A model generated the notes under the pieces. That model searched no databases. It was not told the origin of the DNA and saw nothing but the letters and a program-made list of their open reading frames with translations. A DNA stretch of 32,000 nucleotides, from NCBI RefSeq assembly GCF_000018465.1, contig NC_010085.1, positions 120,001 to 152,000 of the forward strand. Direction: 5' to 3'. This stretch comes from Nitrosopumilus maritimus SCM1. GTDB lineage: Archaea > Thermoproteota > Nitrososphaeria > Nitrososphaerales > Nitrosopumilaceae. Below are positions 7,631-16,670 of the stretch, in pieces. The position numbers and the translations under genes are program-made. Numbering within the stretch: position 1 is the stretch's first letter; each line of letters starts with the position of its first letter.

Positions 7631-9448
7631 CTAGAGCTTGGAAATAAATTCAATAAATTTGTCTGTAGAATTATTTATGTGTGAAACATATTGTTTTAAA
7701 AATTTTTTTTGTTTTGCAAGTAAACTTTTTTCAAAATCTTTATCCTTTAGAATTTTTTCAATACTTTCATCTAATTCATTAATAGTTGAAACATGACATC
7801 CATTTTTTTCAAAAACAATTGGAGTTCCATAATATTCTTCTTTAATTCTAACTGAAATTACTGGTTTTTCAAATAATGTTCCTTCTAAAATAGTTGTAGA
7901 AAAATCTGTAACTATCATTAATCTACAATTATTAATCAATTCGTGAATATTGCCATCTTTTACAATACGTGCTTTTGGCATAGTCTTGGAAATACTCTTT
8001 CCTACATCTCTTTCTGACGGAGCAGGATGCAGTTTTACTACTAACTCTAAATTTAATTTTTTGATTATTTTTGCAATTTCTTCTATTGTTTTTTCATAAT
8101 TTAATATCTTTTTTGCTGAATAGTCAAAAATTTGATTATTAGTTAACCAAGAAGTTGTTAATAAAACATATTCCTTATTTTTACACTTAGAAAGGTTATC
8201 AAATACTGGATTTCCAACTTCGATAATTTTATTTTCATTAATTCCGTTTTCAGATGAAATCTTTCTAACAATATTACCCCATACACATATGTAATCTGAT
8301 TTAATGGGCCATACGCCATCAAATTTTTTTAAATTTAATGTCTCTCTACTTTCTGGTCCCATTCCGTGTTGTAACAAAATTATTGGAATTCCTTGTTTTT
8401 TGGCCAATTCTATTACAATTTGTTCGTTAAATCCTGATTCAGATAAAATAACCATTGAAGAAAACTGATATTTTTCAAATATTTGTTTTGCATAATCAAT
8501 TTCAGTAATTGCTTCAGGAATTCGTTTTTTACTCAAGTTGATGAGTTTGGGTTTTAATTCATCCCAAAAATTTATAGAATCTATTTCAAATAATTTTTTT
8601 AATTCACCTGAATTTTCAATTAAATTAATTATTTGTGAAACTTCAAAATCATTTTTTCTATATTTTTTGAAATTATTTTCTGATATGTAACTGCATTTTG
8701 AATCTTTTAAAATATTAATTGATTTTTTATTGATAAAAATTGGTCTTCTTCGATTGTATAAAATAAAATTAAATTTTTTTTGTGGATGTAAAAATAAATT
8801 TTGAAATTTGTTTAAATCAAATTCAACAAATAGTACTGACTTATTATTTTTTGAAATCCTTTTATCTACATCTAAAATCTTTTTCATAAAATTTTCTGAA
8901 AAATTTTTGATTTGTTTAATATTTTTTCTACTTAAATTAATTTTTAGATTCTGATTCCATATTTTTTTTGTTATGGGCAGTGAGTCGTATAAAAAATCTG
9001 AATTTTCTAATGATTCTGGATTTATACATTCAAAATCACTTGTGTGTTTTTTAATTATACTGATAAGATTTTTAGACGTAAAAATTTTATAGTTTTTATA
9101 TTCTTTACATATGTAATATATCTCAAACAATTTTTTTAAGAAAGGAATCATAAATGCATGAAATTCTATGTAGAATAAACCCCCTAAGTTAATACTATTG
9201 TATGTAATTTTTTCTGAAATTTCTGGTGTATTGTACCATTTTGCAATTTTATATGACTCTTTTTGAATTTTTATCAATAATTTTTGATCTAAAAAATCAT
9301 CTGAGATAAAATGTTCGATTTTTTCATCATTCAATTTTTTATGAATTTCGTAATCAACTGTAATGATTTTGGAATTAGACAATTCCAAATTTTTTATTTT
9401 GGAAATTTCTATTGAATTATCTATTATGATGATTTGATTAATGCTCAA
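7631..9448 (-). CDS. Large GT-B-fold protein; the C-terminal half resembles WecB/NeuC (Epimerase_2) or CDP/CMP-dependent transferases
   Basis: The C-terminal blocks EVGNPVFDNL, VVKLHPAPSE and RLMIVTDFSTTILEGTLFEKPVISVR are collinear with E. coli WecB as I remember it ([41 protein letters not shown]). The N-terminal ~330 aa is very AT-rich, Lys/Asn/Ile-rich, and shows no motif I recognise. It is paralogous to 15375-16670. Confidence 0.4.
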   Translation of the reverse strand: MSINQIIIIDNSIEISKIKNLELSNSKIITVDYEIHKKLNDEKIEHFISDDFLDQKLLIKIQKESYKIAKWYNTPEISEKITYNSINLGGLFYIEFHAFMIPFLKKLFEIYYICKEYKNYKIFTSKNLISIIKKHTSDFECINPESLENSDFLYDSLPITKKIWNQNLKINLSRKNIKQIKNFSENFMKKILDVDKRISKNNKSVLFVEFDLNKFQNLFLHPQKKFNFILYNRRRPIFINKKSINILKDSKCSYISENNFKKYRKNDFEVSQIINLIENSGELKKLFEIDSINFWDELKPKLINLSKKRIPEAITEIDYAKQIFEKYQFSSMVILSESGFNEQIVIELAKKQGIPIILLQHGMGPESRETLNLKKFDGVWPIKSDYICVWGNIVRKISSENGINENKIIEVGNPVFDNLSKCKNKEYVLLTTSWLTNNQIFDYSAKKILNYEKTIEEIAKIIKKLNLELVVKLHPAPSERDVGKSISKTMPKARIVKDGNIHELINNCRLMIVTDFSTTILEGTLFEKPVISVRIKEEYYGTPIVFEKNGCHVSTINELDESIEKILKDKDFEKSLLAKQKKFLKQYVSHINNSTDKFIEFISKL

Positions 9449-9567
9449 TATTCTTCACTTTTTATTTTCTTAATATCTAATAATGAATTTATCTTCATGT
9501 TTATAATGTAGTTGAAATAGTTCCATGTATGATTGCATGGAATATAGATTCTTTGAAGAGGTAAGAT

Positions 9568-10626
9568 ATGTCCAAAAAAGTTCAAATCCTTGACACTACA
9601 TTACGAGATGGCAGTTATTCTGTGAATTTTTCATTTACTAGTTCTGATACATCTATAATCTGTTCTAAATTGGAAAAATCTGGAATTAAATTAATTGAAG
9701 TTGGTCATGGACTTGGGTTTAATGCTTCTAACTCTGGTTATGGAAAATCTACACAATCTGATGAAGAATATATGATTGCTGCAAAAGAGTCTTTATCAAA
9801 ATCAATGTATGGAATGTTTTGTATTCCTGGAATTGCTAAACTATCTGATTTAGAACTTGCTAAAAAACATGGTATGGGATTTATTCGAGTAGGTACCGAT
9901 GTTACCAAAGTACATCAATCTGAAAAATTTATCAAAAAAGCAAAAAATCTTGGATTTTTTGTGGCCTCAAATTTTATGAAATCTTATGTAATGCCACCTG
10001 ATAAATTTGCATCAATTGTTAAACAATCTGAAGAATTTGGAACTGATATGGTGTATATTGTGGATTCTGCTGGAGGTATGTTTTCTTCAGATTTGTTAGA
10101 ATATTATAATTCAATAAGAAACGTATCTGAAATTCCACTTGGTTTTCATGGTCATGATAATTTAGGTATGGCAATTTCAAACAGTCTGTATGCTGCTGAT
10201 TTAGGTATGGAATACATAGATTCTTCTCTTCAGGGAATTGGAAGAAGTTCTGGAAATGCTTGTACTGAAGTTTTAGTTATGGCATTGAAGAAAAAAGGAT
10301 TCAAGATAGATGTTGATTTTCATAGTCTCTTTGAAGCAGGACAAGAATGTGTTTACCCATTAATCAATAATTCTAATAAATTACCCCTTGATATTGTTTC
10401 AGGTTATGCTGATTTTCATTCAAGTTATATGCATCATATAATGAAATATTCTTCCAAGTTTAAAGTTGATCCATTATTATTGATTATAGAATATTCTAAA
10501 ATTAATAAAATTGATATTGATGAAAAAAAATTAGAACAAATTGCTAAAAAATTAAAGAGAAAACAGGATATTTACACTGCAAAATACAGATTTAACAGAT
10601 ATGTCGGAAGAGAACAAGATAATTAA
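9568..10626 (+). CDS. HMGL-like (pyruvate carboxyltransferase domain) aldolase, DmpG/4-hydroxy-2-oxovalerate aldolase-like
   Basis: It has the N-terminal ILDTTLRDGSY signature, a later IVDSAGG, and FHGHDNLGMAISNSL (metal-binding His-x-His). An SD-like GAGGT lies about 6 nt upstream of the ATG. Confidence 0.75.
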   Translation: MSKKVQILDTTLRDGSYSVNFSFTSSDTSIICSKLEKSGIKLIEVGHGLGFNASNSGYGKSTQSDEEYMIAAKESLSKSMYGMFCIPGIAKLSDLELAKKHGMGFIRVGTDVTKVHQSEKFIKKAKNLGFFVASNFMKSYVMPPDKFASIVKQSEEFGTDMVYIVDSAGGMFSSDLLEYYNSIRNVSEIPLGFHGHDNLGMAISNSLYAADLGMEYIDSSLQGIGRSSGNACTEVLVMALKKKGFKIDVDFHSLFEAGQECVYPLINNSNKLPLDIVSGYADFHSSYMHHIMKYSSKFKVDPLLLIIEYSKINKIDIDEKKLEQIAKKLKRKQDIYTAKYRFNRYVGREQDN

Positions 10627-12058
10627 CTCAGAAACTATTAATCAAATTTTTTATGACATTTTTAAGAATAATTGGAATGAATATTTTATTTTTGACACAA
10701 TTACTCAGAAAAAAATAAAATATTCTGAATTTTATAATGAAATTCAATTATGTATTGACAAATTAACTAAAAATGGTATTACTGAAGGAAGTACTATATG
10801 TCTAATTCTAGAAAATTCATATAATTTTGTTAAAATAATCTTTTCTTGTATTTTTTCAAATTTAACTGTGGTTCCAATAGATCCACAAAAAGGATCTGAA
10901 GAAATTAAAGAAATTATTGATTCTGTTAATCCACAAACAATTATTTTTGACAATCAAAAAAATATTTTTTCTAAAAATTCAATAGAAATTAGTAAAATTG
11001 TAAATGACACACAATTTTCTAAACCTCAAAAACTTGAACAGATTAGAAATATTGATAGTGATAAGGATTTTCTTATTACTTTTACATCTGGCTCAACTGG
11101 TAAATCAAAAGGTGTTATCCATTCATTAAAAAATTTAATTCATTGTTCATTGTCATTTAATGAAAAATTTCATTTTAATTCAAAAAATGTGTTTTTGCAT
11201 TGTTTGCCGATGTCTTATATGGCTGGGATCTTAAATTCAATCATTTTACCCTTTATATCTAACAGCAAAATAGTCATCATTCCAAGATTTACTGTAAAAA
11301 CTGTACTTGATTTTTGGTCTATTCCACTAAAATACTCAGTCAACACCTTCTGGTTTACTCCTACAATGATTGGATTGATTTTAAAATTTGATAGAAAAAA
11401 CAAAATTGATTTGTCTGACAAAAATCTAATTGGCTGCGTGGCCACTTCTTCTTTAAATACATCTGTAAAGAACGATTTTGAAAAGAAATATGATATTGAA
11501 TTATTCGAAAGTTATGGATTGTCAGAACTTTTGTTTGTAAGTACAAACTCCCCAAATAATAATTCCTTTACAGCTGGACAACTTATTTCTGGTACTAACG
11601 TAAAATTTGATAATGATGAAATTTTGGTAAAAGTTCCATGGATGTTTAAAAAATATTTTAATTCCGAAAAAAATAATTTAGAAAATAATTATTTTTCTAC
11701 AGGAGATCTTGGAAAAATATCTAAAGATAATCTTTTAATCATTACTGGACGGAAAAAAGATTTGATTATCAAAGGTGGAATAAATATTAGTCCTAAAAAA
11801 ATTGAAGATTTTATACTTAATAAAAAATTTTTAAAGGAATGTGTTATTCTAGGTTTTCCTGATCCAATATTGGGTGAAAAAATTGTTTGTTTTATTTTAA
11901 AGAATTCAATAGATACTGATAGCAAAAAAGAACTAAATAAAAAAATTGTTGAACACTTAGGCAATGATTATCATATTGATGAATTTAAAGAACTAATAGA
12001 AATTCCTAAAAACATTAATGGAAAAATTGATAAAATTCAAATTAGAAATTTTTTTTAA
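10601..12058 (+). CDS. AMP-dependent synthetase/ligase (adenylating enzyme, DltA/acyl-ACP ligase-like)
   Basis: Adenylation core motifs are present: TFTSGSTGKSKGV (A3), YGLSE (A5), TGDLG (A7), GRKKDLIIKGGINISP (A8) and a C-terminal NGKIDK (A10 Lys). Its start overlaps the HMGL-like gene by 26 nt. Confidence 0.85.
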   Translation: MSEENKIINSETINQIFYDIFKNNWNEYFIFDTITQKKIKYSEFYNEIQLCIDKLTKNGITEGSTICLILENSYNFVKIIFSCIFSNLTVVPIDPQKGSEEIKEIIDSVNPQTIIFDNQKNIFSKNSIEISKIVNDTQFSKPQKLEQIRNIDSDKDFLITFTSGSTGKSKGVIHSLKNLIHCSLSFNEKFHFNSKNVFLHCLPMSYMAGILNSIILPFISNSKIVIIPRFTVKTVLDFWSIPLKYSVNTFWFTPTMIGLILKFDRKNKIDLSDKNLIGCVATSSLNTSVKNDFEKKYDIELFESYGLSELLFVSTNSPNNNSFTAGQLISGTNVKFDNDEILVKVPWMFKKYFNSEKNNLENNYFSTGDLGKISKDNLLIITGRKKDLIIKGGINISPKKIEDFILNKKFLKECVILGFPDPILGEKIVCFILKNSIDTDSKKELNKKIVEHLGNDYHIDEFKELIEIPKNINGKIDKIQIRNFF

Positions 12059-12141
12059 ATTTTAATTATCCAGAATTATTTTATATTTGAAACTAAATTT
12101 GTACATGAAAAATAGAAATATTACTAAAAATAGATAAAAGA

Positions 12142-12786
12142 ATGAATGAAATTATCGATTTGACTTATTCAATAAATGAAAAAATGATTACTTATCCTTC
12201 TCCATGGCATCCAAAAGTTTCTCTTGAACGATTAGGTAAAATTGAAGATGTTGGAAGAAATACTCGTAAATTGGTTCTTGGAACCCATACAGGAACTCAT
12301 ATTGATGCTCCTCTACATTTTATCCCTGATGGAAATAGTATAGAAAGTATTCCATTGGAGAAAATTACAGGTACAGTAACTATTTTGGATTTTACAAACT
12401 TGAAAAATAATCACCCAATTACAAAAGAAGAATTACAAGATAAAAAAATCTCAAAACGATTAATTTTTAGATTTGGTTGGCAGAAATATTGGAATACTCC
12501 TAATTTTTATAATGATTATCCATTTTTTACTGAAGATGCTGCAAATTATCTTGTTTCACAAGGTGTTGAATTGATTGGTTATGATACTCCTTCTCCTGAT
12601 AAAAGTAAACAAGATGATGTAGACTCTCCAATTCATAAGATCTTTTTAAGTAATCAAATTGTTCTGTTAGAATATTTATCAAATTTAGATTGTGTACAAA
12701 ATCTTGAAGGATGGAGTATTGTTGTTGCTCCAATGAAAATAGATGGTTCAGACGGTTCTCCTTCAAGAGTTTTTATTTTCAAGTAG
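12142..12786 (+). CDS. Cyclase-family protein (kynurenine formamidase-like metal hydrolase)
   Basis: HTGTHIDAPLHF matches the HxGTHxDxPxH motif of the putative cyclase/arylformamidase family. The protein is 214 aa. Confidence 0.7.
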   Translation: MNEIIDLTYSINEKMITYPSPWHPKVSLERLGKIEDVGRNTRKLVLGTHTGTHIDAPLHFIPDGNSIESIPLEKITGTVTILDFTNLKNNHPITKEELQDKKISKRLIFRFGWQKYWNTPNFYNDYPFFTEDAANYLVSQGVELIGYDTPSPDKSKQDDVDSPIHKIFLSNQIVLLEYLSNLDCVQNLEGWSIVVAPMKIDGSDGSPSRVFIFK

Positions 12787-12794
12787 GTGATTTT

Positions 12795-13049
12795 TTGACA
12801 ATATTGGAATGGTTGCTTGAATGGTTTGAAAATAATTCTGATCTAAAATCAAATGAAATTTTGAGTTCTTTAAATGAAGATTTTCTAATTAAAGGATGGA
12901 TAGACTCATTTACTTTTATAAATTTAATCACTGAAATAGAAGAAAAATATAAAATTTCTTTTAACACTGATGAATTACAAAATGAAAAATTTGCAACTTT
13001 AGATGGTTTAGCTAATATCATTGGAGATAGAATTGAAAAAAACTTATGA
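12795..13049 (+). CDS. Acyl/peptidyl carrier protein (ACP/DltC-like)
   Basis: The frame contains KGWIDSFTFINLITEIEEKY, a D-S phosphopantetheine attachment motif followed by an amphipathic helix. Starting at TTG 12795 gives ~85 aa with the Ser at residue 38, which is typical carrier-protein geometry. The track's ATG at 12711 would overlap the cyclase gene by 76 nt, so the start is uncertain. Confidence 0.7.
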   Translation: MTILEWLLEWFENNSDLKSNEILSSLNEDFLIKGWIDSFTFINLITEIEEKYKISFNTDELQNEKFATLDGLANIIGDRIEKNL

Positions 13050-13818
13050 TTTTACTAAGGAAGAAATTGTAACAAAACTAAAACAAATACAAATTAAAAA
13101 AAATGATTCTATATTTATCCATAGTAACTTAGGTCTTTTTGGAAAACTTCCAAATGTAAAAACTGCAGATGAATATTGTACAGTATTTAAAGATGCTATT
13201 TTTGATGTAATTGGAGAGGAAGGAACTTTAGTTATTCCAACCTTCTCATTATCTTTTTGCAAGAATGAGGTTTTTGATAAAAAATATACTCCTAGTTTTG
13301 AATGTGGAATTTTCTCTGAATTTATAAGAACTGATTCTTCTTCTCTTCGTTCTGACGATGCAAATTTTTCTATTGCTGCAATAGGTAAAAATGCAAAATT
13401 TTTTACAGAATTTTCTCCAATTGATTCCTTTGGGGTTGACTCTTTTTGGGAAAAATTTCTTAACGTAGATGGTAAATTATGTAGGTTTAATCTTCCTGCA
13501 AATTATGTAACTTTTATTCATTATATTGAAAAATTTTTGAATGTACCGTATAGATATGATAAAATCTTCTTAGGTTATTCCTTAATTGATGGTTTACAAA
13601 CTAAAAGAAAATTCTCACATTTTGTAAGAGACCTTTCAAATGAAAATCATTCCACAGATTTGACAAAATTGGAGAAGATTTCAATTGATTTAGGATTGCT
13701 TCATAAAACAAATCTTGGTCGTGGGCTGATTTATTCTATATCTTCACAGAGCTTATTCTCGTTGGTTAAAAGTGAAATTAGAAAAGATCCTTCATTATTA
13801 ATCACTGGGAAAATTTAG
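13021..13818 (+). CDS. AAC(3)-family (Antibiotic_NAT) N-acyltransferase-like protein
   Basis: IFIHSNLGLFG near the N-terminus and GTLVIPTFS resemble the (M/I)VHSSLSxxG and GTLxMPT blocks of aminoglycoside 3-N-acetyltransferases. TTG start, 29-nt overlap with the ACP gene. Confidence 0.6.
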   Translation: MEIELKKTYDFTKEEIVTKLKQIQIKKNDSIFIHSNLGLFGKLPNVKTADEYCTVFKDAIFDVIGEEGTLVIPTFSLSFCKNEVFDKKYTPSFECGIFSEFIRTDSSSLRSDDANFSIAAIGKNAKFFTEFSPIDSFGVDSFWEKFLNVDGKLCRFNLPANYVTFIHYIEKFLNVPYRYDKIFLGYSLIDGLQTKRKFSHFVRDLSNENHSTDLTKLEKISIDLGLLHKTNLGRGLIYSISSQSLFSLVKSEIRKDPSLLITGKI

Positions 13819-14257
13819 TCCACTTTTCCCAGTTATAATCCTCAAAGTTTACATTCTCCATTTCATTATCATTTGGTTTCCATGAAATATCAGCTAAAGT
13901 AAGAATACTTGAAATATTTTCTGATAAGTTGATGTGAGCTGATGGGACATTTTTTGGAATATATACCATCTTCGGATTATTTTCATCTGCCAATATCTCA
14001 GTGTATTTCCCATTTTCTTTTACAATAAAAATAACTTTTCCCTTAATACATACAAAACAACTATTTCGTTTTTTATGTAGATGTGGACCTTTAATTCCTC
14101 TTGGATGTACTGAACTAACATATACCATCTTCGGATCATTTTCAATGAATTTATCCCAGTCTCTCCATATCACTGACAATGTTCCATTAATTTTATTTGA
14201 TCTAGTATCTTTTGTAGGATGAGTTTCTAATGGTATTTCTTTAATCTTACTGTTCAT
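13802..14257 (-). CDS. Small cupin-fold protein (RmlC/FdtA/WbuC-like sugar epimerase or isomerase candidate)
   Basis: The protein is 151 aa. PRGIKGPHLHKKRNSCFVCIKGKV...VYIPKNVPSAHIN shows cupin motifs 1 and 2 (G-x-H-x-H ... P-x-x-x-x-H). It sits next to the PseB-like dehydratase, and its 3' end overlaps the convergent gene by 17 nt. Confidence 0.5.
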   Translation of the reverse strand: MNSKIKEIPLETHPTKDTRSNKINGTLSVIWRDWDKFIENDPKMVYVSSVHPRGIKGPHLHKKRNSCFVCIKGKVIFIVKENGKYTEILADENNPKMVYIPKNVPSAHINLSENISSILTLADISWKPNDNEMENVNFEDYNWEKWTKFSQ

Positions 14258-14266
14258 AATTCCTGT

Positions 14267-15256
14267 TCAAAAATACCCTTCTTCACGAATCATTTTTTTC
14301 AATTGATTTTTTGAAATAAAATTATTCTTGTTAGAGATATAAGCTGATTTCAATTTTGTTTTTTTATACTTAAGTTTTTTTAACGAGCTAATTTTATCAA
14401 TTGATTGTTGAAATATTATGTAATCTTCTTTTGATTCATATGTTTGAGAAATTTCATCTCCTGAAATTAGTGTCTCATGAAATTTTTCACCCGGTCTTAA
14501 AGAAATTTTTTTAATTTTAACTTTTTTTCCTGATAACTCAATAATTGCATTTTTGAGTTCTTCTAATGTATATGATTTAAGGCGTGGAACAAAAAGCTCA
14601 CCACCATTCCCGTTTTTTAATGCTCTTAGAACCAAGTCAATTGCACCATTCATGGTAATTGTAAATCTTGTCATCTTTGGATCGGTCAAAGTTATTACTC
14701 CTTTATTGGAAATTTGTTCAATAAATCTAGGTAAAACTGAACCTCTACTACCTAAAACATTCCCGTACCTGACACAAACAAATGATGTCTTATGAATTCC
14801 TTTGAAAAAATTTGCTGAAATAATTATTTTTTCCATTAATAATTTGGTAGCTCCATATGTGTTTGCAGGTGATGCTGCTTTATCTGTCCCAATGGCAACC
14901 ACTTTTTTTACATTATTATCTAAACATACATCAACTAAATTTTGAGTACCATAAACATTTGTTTTGATTGCTTCAAATGGATTGTATTCTGCAATAGGAA
15001 CTTGTTTTAATGCTGCAGCATGAAAAACATAATCTACTCCTTCAACAGCTCTTGAAAGTCTTTCCTTATCTCTAATATCTCCAATGAAAAATCGTAGCCT
15101 GCTATCATCTAACTCTTCAAACATTTTGGTTTGTTTCCATTCATCTCTACTAAAAATTCTGATTGTACCGACTTTGCTCTTAAGAAGACGTTTTGTTAAT
15201 GCTGTTCCTAAGGAACCAGTTCCTCCTGTAATGAGAATTGTTTTATTTTCTAACAT
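14267..15256 (-). CDS. pseB: UDP-N-acetylglucosamine 4,6-dehydratase, PseB/FlaA1-type short-chain dehydrogenase
   Basis: It is near-collinear with H. pylori FlaA1 as I remember it: ILITGGTGSLG, SRDEWKQ, RFFIGDIRD, FHAAALKQVPIAEYNP, IKTNV.G, TDKAA.P.N.YGATK, VRYGNVLGSRGSV.P, MTRF.IT. A retaining (LegB/PglF-like) activity cannot be excluded from sequence alone. Confidence 0.8.
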   Translation of the reverse strand: MLENKTILITGGTGSLGTALTKRLLKSKVGTIRIFSRDEWKQTKMFEELDDSRLRFFIGDIRDKERLSRAVEGVDYVFHAAALKQVPIAEYNPFEAIKTNVYGTQNLVDVCLDNNVKKVVAIGTDKAASPANTYGATKLLMEKIIISANFFKGIHKTSFVCVRYGNVLGSRGSVLPRFIEQISNKGVITLTDPKMTRFTITMNGAIDLVLRALKNGNGGELFVPRLKSYTLEELKNAIIELSGKKVKIKKISLRPGEKFHETLISGDEISQTYESKEDYIIFQQSIDKISSLKKLKYKKTKLKSAYISNKNNFISKNQLKKMIREEGYF

Positions 15257-15374
15257 TGTTTTGATGAATTACCAGTCATAAAATAACCTTGCTCAAATTT
15301 TTTTCTTATAATTGGTACAAAAACTACATCAATTAAAACAAAGATGATTAATATGTTAAAAATTTATAAAATTA

Positions 15375-16670
15375 ATGAAAATTCTAGTCCCTACCTCTGT
15401 TTTACCTGAAAAAAAAGGTCTTAGATTCAATTTCATTTCAAATATTGTTGATTCAGTGAGAAAAAATAACGATGTAAAAATAATTTGGGTTATATATCAA
15501 CCAGATAAAATTTTAAAAAAAGATACGTCTGAGAATCAAATTTTAGATATACATGATTTTAAGAATGCTATAGATTTAGTTGAAAAATCAAACCCTGATT
15601 GCATTATGGTTGGACAAGAATTGGAACCTATTCAACATTCTTTAAGTTTAGCTGCTAAGAAATTTAATGTACCATTAATCAGTTTTTTCTATAATAATTT
15701 TGAAATAACAAATTCAAATATGTTGGAAAGAAAAAAACAACTTTTATCTTATTTGAGAATTATTCTTTCAAGTAGAGTCCCATCAGATTCATCACATAAA
15801 GGATTTTTAAGAAGATTTAGATTTATTTTATTTAAATTAAATTTTTTAAAAAATACGAAATCATCTCTTAACATGTCTGATTTTAATAACTTCTTTTTTG
15901 TTTTTAAAGAACTTTTTAGTTATTTAACAAAAAAAGAAATAGATGTAAATATTTTTCCTGATCTTTTTCTTTTACCCGATAATTCATGGAATAAAAAATT
16001 ATTATCATTAGGAATTCCTGAAAAAAAATTTGCAGTTGTTGGTAATCCAATTCTAGATGAATTGTATGATAAATCTAAAATAATTAAACAATATTATAAA
16101 AATGATAAAATCTCGATTTTGATTGTTACAGATGCTTTAGTTGAACATGGAATTTGGAGTAGAACTCAAATGACTTATTTTTTTACTGCGCTAATTAAAC
16201 AATTAATTAAAAACCAAAATTTTACTTTTTCTTTAAAAATTCATCCATCATCTGAAAATAAAATTATTTATGAAAAATTATTAAATAAAAATAATGTCTC
16301 GTCTAAAATTTACCAACATGAAAATATTTTGGAAATTATTGAAAAATTTGATATAGTTATTTCTTATGGAATATCTACAATTCATACTGAAATTGCATTG
16401 TTAGGAATGAAAATGTTACTTTTGGATCTGAATTTTAATTTTCCACTTGGTTATTTTGTTAAAGAAGGAATAGAATGCGGAAATATCATCAAATGTCAAA
16501 ATTTTGAATACATGAATAAACAAATTAAACAACTTGTTGACTCGAAATTAGAAAATTTCAGTACTTTTGAGAAAGAACGCAAAAATCTGATTTTTGGTTT
16601 TGATGGATTATCTAGTAAAAGAGCTGCTGACGCTGTACAACAAATTCTTAAAAATAGGGATCAATTATGA
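15375..16670 (+). CDS. GT-B-fold protein, paralogue of the C-terminal half of 7631-9448
   Basis: VVGNPILDELYD, SLKIHPSSEN and DIVISYGISTIHTEIALLGMKMLLLD align block for block with EVGNPVFDNL, VKLHPAPSE and LMIVTDFSTTILEGTLFEKPVISV of the 605-aa protein. Function is unresolved: a NeuC/PseG-like UDP-sugar hydrolase/epimerase or a CMP/CDP-donor transferase. Confidence 0.4.
   Translation: MKILVPTSVLPEKKGLRFNFISNIVDSVRKNNDVKIIWVIYQPDKILKKDTSENQILDIHDFKNAIDLVEKSNPDCIMVGQELEPIQHSLSLAAKKFNVPLISFFYNNFEITNSNMLERKKQLLSYLRIILSSRVPSDSSHKGFLRRFRFILFKLNFLKNTKSSLNMSDFNNFFFVFKELFSYLTKKEIDVNIFPDLFLLPDNSWNKKLLSLGIPEKKFAVVGNPILDELYDKSKIIKQYYKNDKISILIVTDALVEHGIWSRTQMTYFFTALIKQLIKNQNFTFSLKIHPSSENKIIYEKLLNKNNVSSKIYQHENILEIIEKFDIVISYGISTIHTEIALLGMKMLLLDLNFNFPLGYFVKEGIECGNIIKCQNFEYMNKQIKQLVDSKLENFSTFEKERKNLIFGFDGLSSKRAADAVQQILKNRDQL

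Noticed and set aside
9521-9542. Hairpin-capable inverted repeat TTCCATG-N8-CATGGAA upstream of the HMGL-like gene. A similar 6-bp stem, CCTTTT-TTTC-AAAAGG, lies at 21635-21650.
   Set aside because: The stems are only 6-7 bp, lie in divergent promoter spacers (so they are not terminators), and cannot be tested for conservation here. The evidence is not enough to call them regulatory features.
12711-12794. The long version of the carrier-protein ORF, starting at ATG 12711 (112 aa).
   Set aside because: It would overlap the cyclase-family gene by 76 nt, and the extra N-terminal residues (MEYCCCSNENRWFRRFSFKSFYFQ) look like out-of-frame translation of that gene. TTG 12795 gives a typical ~85-aa carrier protein. 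The start remains unproven.
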